Shown here piece after piece: positions 62,920 through 64,000 of a DNA stretch of 64,000 nt. Position 1 is the stretch's first letter. Each line of letters opens with the position of its first letter. The position numbers and the translations under genes are program-made. Location of the stretch: the NCBI GenBank assembly GCA_964188305.1, contig OZ076886.1, one strand, 5' to 3'. The DNA is from Podarcis bocagei. Taxonomy: Eukaryota. A model generated the notes under the pieces. The model searched no databases. It was not told where the DNA came from and worked only from the letters and a program-made list of their open reading frames with translations.

Positions 62920-63036
62920 GCCGTTTAGACATAGATGTAGAATATGTGAGCGACTGCAAAAGATTGGCAAAACAATGTCGGCTCCAGGATCTCATCGAAG
63001 ACTTGGAAACCAAGTGTAAAAAGGTGCATGAATTTG
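62920..63036 (+). CDS. ABTB1: ABTB1 coding exon 7 (gene continues beyond window)
   Basis: ttgccag| ... |gtaagg, 117 nt; RLDIDVEYVSDCKRLAKQCRLQDLIEDLETKCKKVHEF. Confidence 0.96.
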
Positions 63037-63532
63037 GTAAGGTCCAAATTGCTCAGACTGGCATTTTATATAAGAAAGTGGAAAGCTGCCTTTTTTCTGA
63101 AGAGCTTATATTAATTAGCTAAAAATTCTAGTAATAACTTTTTTCTGTTCCACTGTTCTCCTAAAGTGCTCAAAACAATCACAGTACACCATGCAGATAA
63201 GCAATTAACAATATGAAATATTCTTTAACATGGTATTATTATTATTATTATTTTATTATTCTTTCCATTTCTATACTGCTTTATAATTTAAAGAAAAAAT
63301 TCTGAAAGTGGTTTACAACAGGTTAAAACATCAAATAAAACAATGCAGAATAAAGCATTAATGAAGAGAGTCAAAAAAATATCACGTATACATTCAAAGC
63401 AATGTAATTAACAGGAAACTAAAATATTATCTGAAAGATTTCAAAATAAAATATTACAAAATAAGTCAACTACAGAATACACATTTAGTGTAGTGAAGTT
63501 AACAAAAAAAAATTATCATAGAATATATGAAT

Positions 63533-63665
63533 ATTTGGAAGGGACTCAACCCTCTGCAATGCAGGAATCTCAGCTAAAGCATCCATGACAGATGGCCATC
63601 CAACCTCTGCTTAAAACCTTCGAGGGAGGTGAGTCCACAACCTCGCGAGGGAGACTGTTCCACCT
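63533..63665 (-). mobile_element. CR1 3' fragment
   Basis: agcatccatgacagatggccatccaacctctgcttaaa...gagtccacaacct...ttccac, similar to 38365-38447. Confidence 0.7.
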
Positions 63666-64000
63666 TTCAAAACTTAAACATTTCAAAAGAAAACATTACT
63701 ATAGGAAGTTAAATATAATATGCACATTTGAAACTGCATAATTAGCAAGAGAATAAAATATTGTTTAGAACATACCTGCTGCTATTGCTGCCAGTCCTGC
63801 CCATGGTGGTTGGCAGGTGTGGAAGCTCAGGCTTGATGACTTGTACTAAGAGACAGCTATGATGGTATCTGGCCTTTTCAGCAGCCCTAGCTTTTGTAGC
63901 TGGAGTCAGTCCTCCCTGCCCTCCCAGGCCAGGGGGGGAAAGGCCTGCAAGGCAGGGAGCAGGTCTTCCAGGATTCACAGCCAAGATGGGTCTCCAGGAT

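Overview
Vertebrate genomic DNA, most likely a squamate (probably lacertid) lizard, judged from the Sauria-type SINE, a tRNA/CR1-tail SINE, L2, CR1, Rex1, Penelope and hAT/Tc1-mariner MITEs. Two spliced genes lie head-to-tail on the + strand, as in human 3q21. PODXL2 (endoglycan) is represented by coding exons 2-8 (17318-42568, ending in the DTHL PDZ motif); exon 1 with the signal peptide was not found and is probably upstream of the window. ABTB1 (BPOZ) has its CpG-island promoter and coding exons 1-7 (50426-63036), and continues past the window end. All exon boundaries were read as GT-AG with consistent phases. Almost all other ORFs in the track are spurious or transposon-derived. There is a 158-nt assembly gap (24442-24599). 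The most notable non-genic signals are: a complete minimal type I hammerhead ribozyme motif (- strand) in a tiny TSD-flanked Penelope-type insertion upstream of ABTB1, with a second truncated copy; a MITE carrying a 6x hairpin-forming GC minisatellite whose sister copy carries a different internal repeat; an inverted MITE pair bracketing an in-frame, stop-free PODXL2 exon 2-5 block; a solo ERV LTR; an overlapping uORF and a FOX/ETS site at ABTB1; and several unexplained palindromes. Repeat family names come from recognition, not database search.
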